From assembly GCA_965644265.1 (NCBI GenBank), contig OZ286468.1, positions 38,626,001-38,690,000 on the forward strand: DNA of 64,000 nucleotides. The letters are read 5' to 3'. The number at the start of each line of letters is the position of its first letter. The stretch's first letter is position 1. The DNA comes from Glycera tridactyla (lineage: Eukaryota). The notes beneath the pieces are model-generated. The model searched no databases, was not told where the DNA came from, and worked only from the letters and a program-made list of their open reading frames with translations. Made by a program: the position numbers and the translations under genes. Positions 12,001 to 27,000 of this stretch are shown one piece after another.

Positions 12001-15000
12001 CCGATGGTGCCACCATCTTGAATTCTGCATTGCTCCAAACAATCATCACACTGAATGGACACAATAATGACACATTTTAGTATAATATTCTGTTGATATA
12101 AAACAGCAATGTGCTTGATTGTTGATTGCTCTTAGATGAACCCTTACGACGCATGGAAGCAAGCCAAGGAAGCAATACTATGATTTACCAAAATGGTGAT
12201 CTGGTGAATGGAACTCAGGACGATGACCACATAAATGCANNNNNNNNNNNNNNNNNNNNNNNNNNNNNNNNNNNNNNNNNNNNNNNNNNNNNNNNNNNNN
12301 NNNNNNNNNNNNNNNNNNNNNNNNNNNNNNNNNNNNNNNNNNNNNNNNNNNNNNNNNNNNNNNNNNNNNNNNNNNNNNNNNNNNNNNNNNNNNNNNNNNN
12401 NNNNNNNNNNNTCTCCATCACCTTTTTCTCCTCTTCCTCCTTTACCTCCTCCTTCGCCCCTCCACCAATGTCATAATAATCATTATCAGCATCATCATTT
12501 ACATCGTTTGATCATTTTGTCATTATCATTGTCGTCAAGAACTCACTGATGAAATTCGAACCTATCTGAAATCTGCCAGGGACGGATTATCAGTCCCAAT
12601 CCCGAAATGAAACCATACGCAACTGAGACCAAACACCTAAAGACAGCTCGGATATTGACTAAGATCATAATTGGAACTTTTCAGGCCATATATGGACCAA
12701 TAAGTATTCATGCAATCTACCGAGATATATATCCAGAGGATCACTTGTTACTGGCCACATATCTTTTGACGGAAACAACATCTGTATGATATGTAGTTGA
12801 ACACCATCGATCATATAACCAATATTATCATCAGATATTAATGTCTAAGAATTCCATGAATTCCGGCCTTACATTGGGGACGTAAAGAGGTGTGAATGAA
12901 CCTGACCATGCCCATTGCGTGGGTATCACACTGAAGCGCTTATGTCGATGTAGTGATGGTAAACCAGAACCATTCATCCAACCCCCTGGCGGCCGTAATT
13001 GGACAGAATTACAGGAATAGTTAAGCCATCCAACCATCGATATTCTCAACTTGAAAGATAAGGGACATGCTCATCAGTTTATCTTGTCTTTCCAGGGTTA
13101 CAATGATCGTGCACGTGCTTACATTGCCTCACAGGCCCCAACTTCCAAGACCCGCGTTCACATGTGGAGGATGATTTGGAAAGAAAAGGTTGACCGTGTG
13201 GTCATGCTCACCAACTTGAAGGAGGCTGGCAAGGTAAGTTGTAGCAAGTCATGTATATGCATACATATTCCATCATCCACGGATGGTATACCAGTGGGAT
13301 ATACTTGACATCATATATGTAGCAGTTACGAGTATGCAGATCACAGCAGGGATTGTATCGTTAATTCCCAATGAATCTGTCACTGATAAGAATATAAATG
13401 GTAGCAATTGGCTGATATCCGTGGCACTGTAGCAATCATATTTTGGTGGAAGCAGTATGACACCAATGGGATGACAATGATGCTATGGGAAAAACGATGT
13501 GTTTGTTGTTGATCATCGTGCAGGATATCCTCTATTGGATGACATACACCTAGGCTCAGATTGCTCATTGATCTGGTTATTACAATATGTCTTTGGACAT
13601 CTGGATCAACTGATGGTGTGAATACTATTTGGGTATCGTGTTCTTGGTGTCTCTGAGAATGACATGCTCACACTGCAAGAGTCAATATAATCCATTCACT
13701 CTCTTCGATAAATCTACCCATCCGTAATCCATAATTGTTTCTGCGATTGACATCTTTTGCTCAACTGACCTGTTGTATTTTACATTACCATTACCATATA
13801 TTTCCAATTTATTGTTCATGAAATCATGTCTGTACTGTATGGTACTGTACGACATTGTATTGTATGGCATCACACTGTACTGTTCACTGCTGTCAATTGC
13901 ACAGCAGTGTAACAAACATATTGTATCGTATCATGATGAACTGTCCTACTCTGCATTGCAGTGGAAGTGTGAACGTTACTGGCCAGTTGACGTTGAGATG
14001 GTGATTGAGGAATTTACCATCCAGGTTCTCAGGACTGAAATATTTGCCGACTACACAATTAGGGAGCTCTCTGTACGCTGTCAGGTAAGTGAGTCTCGGA
14101 GCCGTTAACTTGAGGATATCCCCACTCATCCTCAGACTTTTGACACTACATGTATGTACCCCTGTCCTTTCCCGGTGTGTTGGTTGAAAACTCTCCATGG
14201 GCTGTGAAAGCCAATCACCATATGAGAGATCCTTGAGAGCTATCATAAATTTTGAAAAAGGATTTACGAGAAGCTGCACAACCTTATAAAAGATTCCAAT
14301 TATGAGCCAATTCCATAGATCGAATATGATGACTATATGCACAAAGCATCCACTAATTAATTGATGATGGAAAATGTCTATTATTTTGTTGAGCAAGTAT
14401 GATATACAGTCTGTCTGAATAACATCAATACTGCCCCAGGAAGAGGTCAATGTGAAGCTATTTCTATGGGCTGCTTTCAATATTGTCTGATGAAGCAGAT
14501 AATAGATCTATGACACCATGTTTCCTCTCTGTGTAGGATGGTAGTCGCCATGTACGTCATTTCCACTTCACAGGATGGCCTGAACAAGGAGTTCCAACAA
14601 TTGCTGCCTCACTTCTGGACTTTCGACGGAAGGTACACATGTGTGACGGCACCAGCAAAGGCCCATTGCTCGTTCACTGCAGGTATGTGCTGCATTCTTC
14701 TGATCAAGATCTATCGAGAAAGCAGGCCTACCACACAGTAGTAAAATATTGCAACATATATTTCTATGGAATGATAGAATGCCAAATCACTAACCATCAA
14801 TCATCCAATATTCATGCTTGTCCTGACAAGGGACAGCTTGAAGTCATGGTGGGTCACACGGCAGTCAAATTCTTTGCGGTATCCGCAGATGGCCCATATT
14901 GTTATGTTATTTGTCTGTTGCAGTGATGGTGATGGGAGAACAGGCACATACATAGCGATGGATAGCCAGCTTGAGAAGGCAGAAAGAGAAGGAAAGGTCA

Positions 15001-18000
15001 ACATCCCAGAATGTGTCATCCAGATGAGAAGAGCCCACGCATACATTGTCCAGAATCTTGTGAGTGTATTATCCGTCGTCCAATTTATCCATATTAACAC
15101 CTCAGGAATATGACAGAGAATGAGGTAACCATCTTCAATGCAAATGCGGACAAATGCTGCCAATATGATCAACAAGAACTTTCCTCGCTTGAACCATGTG
15201 AACCACAACGGGACAAGAAATCATCTATTTACCAGCATATCCATGCTCAGACTATGGCATTTAGTGCATACAAAGAACTGAGGAACACTAACAGCATCAC
15301 AATCACTACAGGGCCGAAATCGGTAGTGAGATGTCTTTGCATTTCCTACTTGTCCACTTGCAGCCTTCGTAATTAACACTGAGTACTTGGAAGGCAGTAG
15401 AATATATACCTGTGATTGCGTATCGCTCCCTGGAGACCATTTGTTCCTGTAGCCGAGACATCAACAAAAGTCAGTTCCAGAGCATGAATATTAGGATATA
15501 CCACCATTTCCATCATTGCTGTCTTCAACTCAGAAAAATGTGTGAGGCTGATGAATTCTATACTCGTTGCAGGAACAGTATACGTTTTTATACAACAGTG
15601 TGCAGGAGGCGCTCTGTTTCGGACAGACTACCATTCCATCAGACAAGATGCAAGAGATGTACCCTATTCTTCTGGAACAAAATCCTAATACAAAGAAGTC
15701 GAGACTTGAAGAGCAGTTCCTGGTGAGCTCCGATTTGCAGTATTTTTTAAGGTTGCCTGCCTTGCAGGCATCCTTCTTACCACTGCCACTTGGGACTGCA
15801 GTTAAGATGACAGAGAATAGCACATTTTTAAAAAAAATTCTCGGCATGACAATAGATGGTAATAAACTGCTCTGATTCTCATTTAACCTGGCATGGGTGT
15901 TGTGAAGGCCTGTCTCTTTATCAGTCTACTTTTCATAATGTTTCATTGCGCATTATGGGTATACTTTGAAGCATTTCAATCTTCTGAGGCATTTGAGCAT
16001 TCGATTGTATGATTCAGTGATTCATGAGTGAAATTCACATGTATAATGATCGGGTTTTGAGAGTAAGATATCCCATCCTGGCCACTTCATCACAGTGAGT
16101 AGCTGGTGGACTGGATGAATGTTGCGCCCATTTGAGTGGTGGGAAATTCAAATCGATTTCTCTCACACTCACCAGCAGAAGATATGTGTGTTACTAGGCA
16201 TCCTTTTTTCAGCATACATGCCTAGTTTCTTCATATAGATGATAGGTTTGGACTAGTTGTCACATACAAATGGCGGAAGGAGATGACTGCTTGTCACTAT
16301 GATATATGGGCAGATTGGCGAGTTGTTCCCATTTCAACCTAGTTCTTGCAATCATGAGACCAACATAAATCGTGGTCAAAGAGTGCATTTTCCTCATGCA
16401 TTTATGTCAGGGATAAGTATTAAGTCACATCGGAGATGGAATCAAGGTTCTTGACAGAGATGTTAAAGAGAATAGCATCACCCCTGATTCATATCTTGGA
16501 GCCAAGAAGGAGATTCAAGAACTAAACCTGGGAGACATTGAGTCATGGTTTGTTCAAAGGTGCTCAAATGTGTGACGAGTAGCAGAATATGTGACAGTAT
16601 CATATCCATAAAATGTGAGGTACAGGTGCGCATGAAAATGGAATTTCAGGTTGTAGTTATGCCAACTAGTGCAGATGGGTATAATGAATGGGGCCAAGGA
16701 CAAAGACTTCAAGAAGCACAGGAGTCGGTTCGTAGGTCGGACTGATAACTTTGCAGTGACGACATATTTATGAAGATATCAGGGTGTGGCATCATCATTT
16801 ACTGATGACTGCTTCAGTAATTCCCAGCAAGCATGATAGAACATTACCTTCAATGATAAATTAAATAACCAGCTGATAACACATAATTAGCTACCCACTC
16901 TCCAATCACCATTTTAAATGCCAGATGCAGTGGAGTAGTTCCATGGAGCCAACACCACTCGGAGGTGCCTATTTTGTCTGAAGTGCAGATCATATACATA
17001 CGTTTGATGCATGTCTCAGAGTGAATGCGATTGAAACAGATTTACTGCGTGATGATGATTATAATTGTCAACTTCGAATTTGAAGTTGTCATGTAGTCAA
17101 AACCAAGTGGTTACATCATACCATCATCATTATTCCTTCTAATGCGATCCTCATTTTATACAGATCCTGCAAACATTTGACATTGCACTCGACAAGCACA
17201 GTGAAGAAACCCTTGAGTCATCTATGAAGAACTTTTCCAGAAATCGCAACCAAGCCACGATACCCTGTGAGTATTCTGAATGTGAGGCCTAAAATATTGA
17301 ATGCCGTCCAATCAACTTGGTATGAACTGGTATATGAGGGTCGAAGGTGAATTAAATGAGATGAACTGAAATGAAACGGGTGAGCATAGCTGCAGTTTTT
17401 TATTGCCAAATTCTCTGAGTTCAATCAGCATGATACACAGAGCATGAATCAGTGTGGCAAACAATTATTAAGGGATCAGCAAAAGCGATCTCCACCACCA
17501 TATGTCCAATGATTACCCACTCCGTTGTTTGAATCATTGGCCAAATCTAAGATATAACGGGCAGCGAAATGGGGCACTCCCATTTGAGGGCTTGATCCCA
17601 CCAGGATTCCACGCTTTGGAGCAGGTTGGAATGATTCCAATCTTCTCTCTGAGAATGCATTTGCACTTTGGATTCAGATCTGATTCTGGTACCTTGGTGA
17701 TTGGGAATCGAAAAGCAGTAGATGTTGAGAAGTATCAGACAAAATCCGAAACTGACTATGAAAATATGACCACTGATAATGCACCAAAATGTTGTCAAGG
17801 GGATTGTGCTTCCTGGTATTCGTAAAACCCCTGATGTGCACAATAATGATTAACATTTGCTGTGATTCTCACTGCGAATATCCATCGATCTTGCACACCT
17901 CTATGTATGGCGGAATTGAGATAATCTCTGGATTTGCATCTTCCAAGTCATGAGTTTAAGTTTTCAAGTTGGCATAACATACTCAATGTGGTATATCTTA

Positions 18001-21000
18001 TGTCATATCATGGCACTTCATGGCACATCATTTTCCTGTTTTCAGTTGATCATGTACGTCCTCATCTGTCCACAGCAATGCACAACACCACAGAATACAT
18101 CAACGCTGCCTATGTAGCGGTAAGGCTATACCGTCGTTTATCAGTTCCCCAAAAAAGAAGCATAATTGTAATTTCATGAAATATTGCATTTGTAGTCCAA
18201 CCATTCCGCAACTCACGAGACTTGCACAGGCTTATTCGTTAGGTTGAGAATCTAAGATTATATCCAGGGAATTTTCTTCAGATGGTTGACAAATTGCTGA
18301 AAGAAGAAAATACGATTTGCACATGTCCGCGGGTCGCCAGGTCACCAAACAACGGATCTAGCACTAGACGGCGCTAGTGACAGTGGCAGGATGAGGATTC
18401 ATCTGGGATAATTCTTCTTCACTATTGTTGTGAAGTTCGAGCACAGGTAGTTAGGCATAGGGCATGTCATATTTGAGGGAGAGACAGGTACGGTATTGAC
18501 ACTGCAATGGCACCTCCATGGCGAATCTTCATCTAGATATCGATATTTCAATGATCTTTGATTGTGTCATCTACTGGGTGGTGTATCATGGATATTAGCT
18601 CCAGTCATAATTTACAAGAACCAGTAATATTGTTACGAGCAGAATGCACAATGTTTTGAAGACATGAATTCTCTCATCGTCCTGTACACATCTCCCCCAT
18701 GCTTGGACTTCATAAAATTAGTATGAAATCGTGGAAAGTTTTGGATATGCATCTTATCTGCTCGCATGAGAAATCATCACCTTTAATAAGTATTTGGTAC
18801 CAACTTGACTACAAATTTCTGTTTGTCCAAAGTTAGTATTCACATTGAATACCTGCAACGCTACATCATTGAATGACCTTTCAGCAGTTATTGAAAGAAC
18901 CATATGCACCACTCAATCCATTAACTTGGCATGACATATCTAAAGGATGAGAGATCTTGGACACTCAGTATATACTGAATCATCATGTAGCCAAATTCAA
19001 CTGCAGAAAGAGTCCCGATTCACACCTATCTAAAGAAGTGATGGTGATGGTGATGACTGATTTTTGGGCCTGGATATGAACATAATAGACCTACCATGTA
19101 TACTTCTCCATCGTTTTTGTTTTATTGTCATGGTGCAACTCAAAATACCTCAAAGGTATGACATGTACTTTATTATGGACCATTATCTGAAGACTTGAAG
19201 ACAAGAAGACTGATGTATACAAACAAACTAGCATCAACCATTGATAAACCAAATTGACGTTTTGGTGACAAATTAAAGTCAAGAACTTTAGAATGTGTGG
19301 TGGCTGGATATGACAATATGTACATTGAATGTGTCACTACTTTCAATTACCTAAGAGTCACGCTGGATTCAGACCTGGACTTTGGTGCTCATGCAATGTA
19401 CATATGGGGTAAAATGGGGGTAAAAACAAAGCAATTTGAAGATTATGTCCTACCAGAAGCCAGGATGTAGCATGCATATTGCATATTGTACAAAACACTT
19501 ACCTTTATATGACAATTTTGATGTATTCCACAATGCGGTGTCTGAGAAAATCATACATATGCTCCAAAGGTGAAATGTGCATGTAAATGCACTTCTTCAA
19601 AGGACAAATTTGCTTCAACCACACTGATGCAACCAATGCAGGAGAGTCTGGGGGTGGATACTTTACACATGGGTAGACAAAAACATGCAGCTCCTCATAT
19701 ATAAAAACATTTGAATGATGTAGAATAGCACTGGGTCATTGCCAGGATCAGAAATTATGTTTGGTTTCCAGCTCCCAAGGTGTACCGAAGAGTACTCGTT
19801 GAATGAGTATTTATGCTCACAGTCCCATCCCAATTACCTGTACCTGATACGATATACAACTGTCAGCCGTCATACCAATGATATTGACTGATGAGTCATA
19901 TTATCATTTGTCTTTGAAATAAATTCTCTAAGCGAAATAGATATAGAGCATCTTATACTGTATACTAACACCAGAAATGTACACTTTTCAATTTCAATAC
20001 GTATCATATATTGAGCACGAGATTAATCTGTTCTCAGTTGCACAATGTCAATTCTTTTCCGCTTACCACATATCCGGCAGAGAAATCCCAAATGAGATAG
20101 TTGCTAAATGTATATAAGTTACAAGTGAGGAAAGATCATCTCAGATCTTTTCATATGAATACGATATCTGAAAGGGGAGTACTCGGTATTGGATCAACGA
20201 AGTGCAGATTAGTGGTGAGTGTATGGTGTTTTTATTGTTGCATAACACCATCATCAATATCAGGTGTATCGATTCATACTCATTTGTATGAGGGTTCATT
20301 CCAGGGCCACAGAAAGCAGAGAGCTTACATCACCACCCAGTGGCCTTTGCAAGAGACGGTGGGTGACATCTGGAGGCTGCTTCTTGACACCAAGTCAAAA
20401 ACACTCATCACACTTGTTGACCGCAAGAACAACCACAAGGTAATCAAAACTGTCGCAGATGAAATCGGGAGTCATGCATCATCCAAACATATCCATTGCA
20501 TGGGCATCTCAATATAGCCCTGATGATGATCACAGGATGCAAAACAATGAGCTAACCAACTATCCTTACTACTTCTACTATCAGATATGTTGATAATGAT
20601 ATTGCATTGTACCATTATGAGCATCGATACTGTTGGTACATGCCATATATCTGCAAGTCAATTACTCATCTCAAGAACAGACCTATTGTCAGTAATCATA
20701 CAACAATCAAAACAACAGCATATATTCCCTGAAACAATGGCCCAATACATCCACCTTATTGAAGTTAATACTGGTTTGGTATTTTGCTTGAGTGCCTATG
20801 GCAATTTGCAGTTGGGAGAAACGTCATCAGAGATGATGAGTGGGACTCTGGATTCTTCATCAGGCATTAATGGACGATGTACTGATTGATCATCATATCA
20901 ATATATGTTATGCCACACTTGCATGTATTTCCATGTGATGAAGTGGTATGTGATATCACTTGCAATACTCCCTGACTGGGAAGTATTGCCGTCACTATTT

Positions 21001-24000
21001 TTGTTGTTTACTGGCTGACTGGTACGCTAGCTTCATTTGCAAAATGCTGAGAGATAGGGTACCAGTGGGAATTTAATGTAAACAAACATGGCGGATGTTT
21101 GTTGTCAGTGCATATTCCACAAAGTAATGCTAATAAGATTTTAATAACAACAAGAGCAGGATTGAATCAGATGGAAGAAACCAATTTAAATGTGGCATAA
21201 AAACGCTCGGGAGCGCAGGCAACGCAATCTCCCTCGTTCGTACCGCTCAGATCGGGGTTGCTATGATACAGCACCCAACTGCGTGTCCAGATGCTGTTAC
21301 CCCTAACGTCGATTTGTCTGCCTGTCTGACAGTCTGTCTGTCTGTCTTTTTAATTTTCGTTGCAAGGCAAGAGGAAGGAGGCGGGTTCTTCCACCCATGC
21401 CCTTTGCATGGGCCTCTCAATATAGCCCCGACGGTGCCTGCCTTTCTGTTCGTCTGTCTGTTTGTCTGCCTGTCTGCCTGTCTGTCCGTCCATCTATATC
21501 CGTTACCCAATTTCTCCTCTGGCTATCCCCATGTCTCCCTCTTCCTTCTCCGAACACCTATTTTGTCTATGCTTAGGATATCTCTCCTTCATAAATTGCA
21601 ATATACTCCATCACGAAAATACCTGACAACAATATCTTTCCACATCTGACAGACCTATCCGGTTTTCTGGCCGGAACAGAAGTCTGCACCTCTGGTGATC
21701 CCACCTCTGAAGATAGAGCTCGCACAGGAGAGTAGGGCACCCCTTCCCAATGCAACAGTCAGGGATGTCAGCATAAGCGATATGAAGAAGGTAGGCCTTT
21801 CTTCCATTAATACCACATACTGTGTGTCATATTTATCTGGATTCAATAGTCGAAGTGAGTGAGTCTCAGTGTAGTTTTCAGGAAGGGTATTGAGAAAGGA
21901 TCAGTACAATGGACAAAAAGCCAATTTTTCTCCCAGATTATTGTGGAGATGCTGTGAGGTTGAAACAAGTAATAGTAAGTATAGACATCTATATTCTGTA
22001 CTGATGAATTGTGTGTGAAATTTCCATTGCAATTGACAAATTTACTGATCCCTTCACTGTGATTTAGTTTTCATCTTTTGTTGGTTGGATATCATTGAAA
22101 GCCAATAATTGACATAGACCATTGATGACACCAATATTCATGCATGACTCTTATTGGCATGTTTCACCTTGAGCAGCTGTATTTTGTCACGATAGTATAG
22201 GCTGGAAGAGGATCTTTTCAGAATATATACTTATTTATTCGATACAGGGGAAAAATAGCAGCATTACATTGAAGCAGTATTGTCTACGTGATTGGGATGT
22301 GAATAGTGATTTACCACCCTCCATGGAAGAGATCATCACTTTGATAGAATCTTTGGAGAAATGGCAGCAGCAATCGGGCAACAGTGTCATCACAGTTCAA
22401 TGCACGTGAGTAGAATATGCTGACACAAAAATGGGATGGAGGTGAAAAATGGAACGCCATTGAAAGAGGATAAATGACGGCAGCTTGGAGAATTGTGGAG
22501 AAACAAAGACGTCCAGAGAGTCAGGCATATCATAGGCTTCTCACTGGTACAACAAGCATACACCTACATATCACAAACACATATATATGTATAACATTGG
22601 GCGCTAAGCTCCGACTGATACAATCTATTCAGAAAATATCACACGAAAACCTTATATTTGTCGGGTTACCCATACCCCTTCCACACAATCAATGACAAGC
22701 AACTGCTTTTTTGCAAGGAGCCATCTGGCCCCTCAAAGATAATATCATGGATGGTAACATAGAAGGTCCACTCCCTCTACTCCCCATAGTACACTTTCAA
22801 AGACAGACCTGCGTGCTAGCTAACACACAAGAAGCCCATCTAACTTGTGCTGCATGACGGGGAACTGGATGTCAGATGGACAATTCGGTGCTGCTGTTAA
22901 CTGAGAAAAGGATAAAAAAATTGGCAGAAAACATGTTATCCATTGGACAGAACAAAGAACTCATACAGAATTTTAAATTGATGGTTTCTACTGAAGATAT
23001 TGAAGTATTGCCTGCATCTTAGCAGATGGAGGCCGCCTGTAGATGGCCAGTTGTAGTTCTTATGGCCCTGTTCACAACTGTTGACTCTCTAACACTCGCA
23101 CCAGCTAATCAAATCCACAAAAGGCTTGATGAAGTCCATCTGGTGAGCCGAATCTCCTGCTGTCATGGCTGCTGGTTTTATGTCCTTGTCATAGACAGTG
23201 TCCAGCTTCCCCCAAATCTCTAAAATCTATTGTGTTCCAATCGAGATAATGACAATGTGTATTGAGACTAGCGAGGAATTTGATATTGTATTTCAGTTTA
23301 TAGATGTTCATTTTGATGGAAAATGGTTTTATTTCATTTGGATATATGAGGATAAGTTTAGTTAAAATGTCTAAGATTGCGCTCTCCTTAATAGAGTTTG
23401 CATTGGTATATCCTAGAATGGCACAATGAGCCGAACCCCCCCCCCCCCCCCCAAGGCTTGCTTGCTAACCTGGGAGTTAACACTTACCTGTTTCTCCATC
23501 AAATTATGCATTTATTCTCACTAAACCGCCCACATTCGAACTTTATACAAAAAATCCTTCTCTCTATAGATGTCTCTTCCCATCCTTGACGCAAAGCGCC
23601 ACCCTATGATTACATACAGTACTAAACCACGACAACAACAACAACTTCGCACATGCGCGAGTCGTAATTAACAACAATACTATACAAAATATATACGAAA
23701 AACCATAAGGGAGGATGGGAGGGAACATACCATTTGATGGAGAAACAGGTAAGTGTTAACTCCCAGGTTAGCAAGCAAACCTGGGGGGGGGGGGGGTTAA
23801 CAAACAACCTGGTTTTTCCATCAAATTATGCATACGCATATACCACGGATAGTGGGTGAGAGAAAAAGAAGAACTAGTCATGTGGGGCAGGAGGAAACAC
23901 TACTGCTTGTCCAGCAACTATTGGACCCAATGAGTAGAGATCCATTGCCTGCCCACACATGTCTCTTAAATAATAAGAACCGAAGGTGTTTCTAGCCCGC

Positions 24001-27000
24001 CAAAAGGCAGACCTCATGAGCTCTTCAATAGAGCAGGACCTGTTAAACATACGCCATGACGTAGAAAGAGCTCTCAGCTCGTGTACAGACACATGATCAC
24101 CTAATTCCTCAGATCTACCTGCATTCAGGTACGCTCCTTTAACTATGTCCATGATCCACTTGGAAAGCTGACTGGGACTCATCTCCTTGCCAGAAAAAGA
24201 AGGGGATTGAAGGAAAGCTTCCTTCTATCTCCTCTAAAATGAGCAGAACATCTGAGAAAAGACTCAAGCGCCCTGACTGGACATAAACACAAATCATCTT
24301 CCCAAACTTCAGGAACACCGGAAAGAGCTGTAATATCAATAACTGGTGATAATTTGTCAGGAGTCTGGTTCTTAGCTAAGAAACCGGGCTCACAGACCAC
24401 CGACACCTTCGAAAGATCTCATGCGAAACGCACCGCCTTGGATAACCCCTACAGTGCATGTAACTCATTTCTTCTACATCCCGTAGCAAGAGCAACTAGG
24501 AAACGTTTTTCTTTGCCAGATTAAGCAAAAGAATGTCATCAATAGGTTCAAACACTGAACCCCTCAAATATTTCAGAACCAAGGGTCGATTCCATTAAGG
24601 GATAATCTTTGGGGTTATAGGTCTCTCAAGAGCGTAATTCTTGAAAAGATCAGAGATTTCCTCCGAGGCGAAGATCTTAATACCTAGTCTAGATAAGACT
24701 GAGCCAATAGCCAAGTGGTAACCCTTCACTGTTTCTAAGGCCAAACCTGAATCCCATAAGCTAATGAAGAAATCAGCTAACTGAGCAAAAGTGGTACACT
24801 CTCTATCCACGCTGTGGTCAGAACACCAGGATTCCCATCTTGCCCATCTAGTGTCATAGACCTTAGACATCGAGCTTCTCGTGGATCTAGTGATCCACTT
24901 GACTGCCTTTGTCGAAAAACTTTTTCGACTGAGGGCTGCCCGCACAGACACCAGGCGTGTAGAGCAAGTGACTGAGGCTTCCAATGGTTGACCACCTTCC
25001 CTCTGATCATCTGAACTAACAGGTCCCGAGGGAGAGGCAGTCTGATTGGACAATCTATTGACAATTCCATGAGGTCCGGGAACCAAGACTCATGTCGTTA
25101 ATGCAGATTTTGGTATGTTTTATTGTGTATCCAACATTTATAATACTATTGAATCATCGAACAAGATGAATTCCACTGATATAAAATAAATGTTATCATA
25201 CATGGAGGATAACACTTAACCTTCAATTCGAGCTGCATTCTGATACCAACACCATCACTATGGTTGCCATGGCAACCATGGAAACCATGAATTTCATCTC
25301 ATCATTTTATAAATGTCCCTGGCGCTATGTCTTGGGGATATTCACAGGAATGATATGCATTTGAGTTTGTAGGAGGGGTTGACCATGATCTTTTGAGACA
25401 TGTATGTTTTTGAGATCCGTTATTTTTATGATGATATTTCAAATCAAATGCCCGAAAAATTGCATTTTTCTCGATGTTATTGACTTCTTTTTGACAAGAA
25501 AAGTCAAGAAATAAAAAACATACATCTTGAATGTTGCGCGGAAAATGTTCCTTTATGGGAAGAAATTTTCATTTAGAGAGTTTCCATGCAGGAGACATGG
25601 CGCCAGGTTGAAATGTGTGATTTTTCAGTGAAATATAGGTATCCTGGTTGCCATGGCAACCGTTGTCATGGTGTTGGGTCCAAAATATGCCTCACTGTAA
25701 AGTTTTTCATTGGGCCAATCCATTTATACCATTCATTTTTTTGTATTGATAGATACTCTATTCAAATACAAAAAGGAACATATATTGGGTTCCTGATTTT
25801 GACACTATTGAAATCTGCATTAAAGACATGAGATGGTTCGGCCACCAGGGCATATTAGACCCAAGTCCAAGCCTCTCAGCTTGTTGACCAAATCCCTCAC
25901 CAGAGCTGTTGGTGAAAACACAAAAGCCGTCCCCAGATTGTGCCAAGACATGGACAGAGCATCCACCGCCAAGACTGCTGGATCCAAGAATGGACTAACG
26001 AACACCGGCAGCTTGGAGTTGTGAGGTGTGGCCATGAGATCTACCAAGGGAGATAACTTGAACTGGTTGACTACTCCCTGGATAACCGATTGCAGTAGTT
26101 CCCATTCCGCTTGAATTGGTGCGTGACGAGATAGAGCATCTGCCAGCACATTTCTTTTCCCTGGAATATGTCTTGCTCTCAACAACATGCCTAGACTCTC
26201 TGTTGGAACAAAAATCTTCCAAGTGAGGCCGTACATAATACTCGAGTGGGTCCCTCCTTGGTTCTGAATGTAAGAAACCACCGTCACATTGTCGGGAAGC
26301 AAAAGAACCACCTCTCCCTGAAGATGGAGTGCAAACCCTCTCAGAGCAAGAGGCAAAGCCTCTAATTCCGACACATTTATGGAGAGCTGAAGATGACTCA
26401 GTGACCATACTCCCGCAGCTGATAACGATTGTCTCCCACAACCAGATGAGCCCCCCAACCTTGTAACGACGAGTCTGTCAAAAAATTGACTGTCGGTTCG
26501 GGTAATGAGAGAGGAACACCTCTTGTGGTATTCACCTTGGGGGCCCACCACGATAGATCTTCTCGAACCACCATGGGTAATCTGATCAAAATCTCTGGGT
26601 CTTCTGCAAAAGGACGCCACTGACTCAAAAGAGCCATTTGTATTGGCCTCATATGCAGGCGTCCCAAATGAACGGTGTCTGGCAGACTGGAAAGATGGCC
26701 CAGCAACCTGAGAACTGAACTAGCTGGCTGTTCCAGGACTCTTTCGAATGACCGAACCCAACCCTCCATGCGCTCTATTCTCGAAAGAGTGGGACAAACA
26801 ATGGATAATCGGGTGTCAAACTCGATTCTCAGATACACCAATTGCTGACTGGGAACCAAGTCCGATTTCTTCTCGTTCACCATCCAACCCAGCTGACGAA
26901 CAAGCTGAAGAGTGTACACTAAATGCTTTTTTCAGAATATCTGGGTCCTAATGTCTGAGCAGCCAGTCGTCCAGATAGTAATGTAGATGTTGCGCTAGCT

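Noticed and set aside
16290-16520. RT-like phrases (WADWRVVPI, LKRIASPLIHI)
   Set aside because: They occur in the wrong order for a LINE RT and have no supporting motifs.
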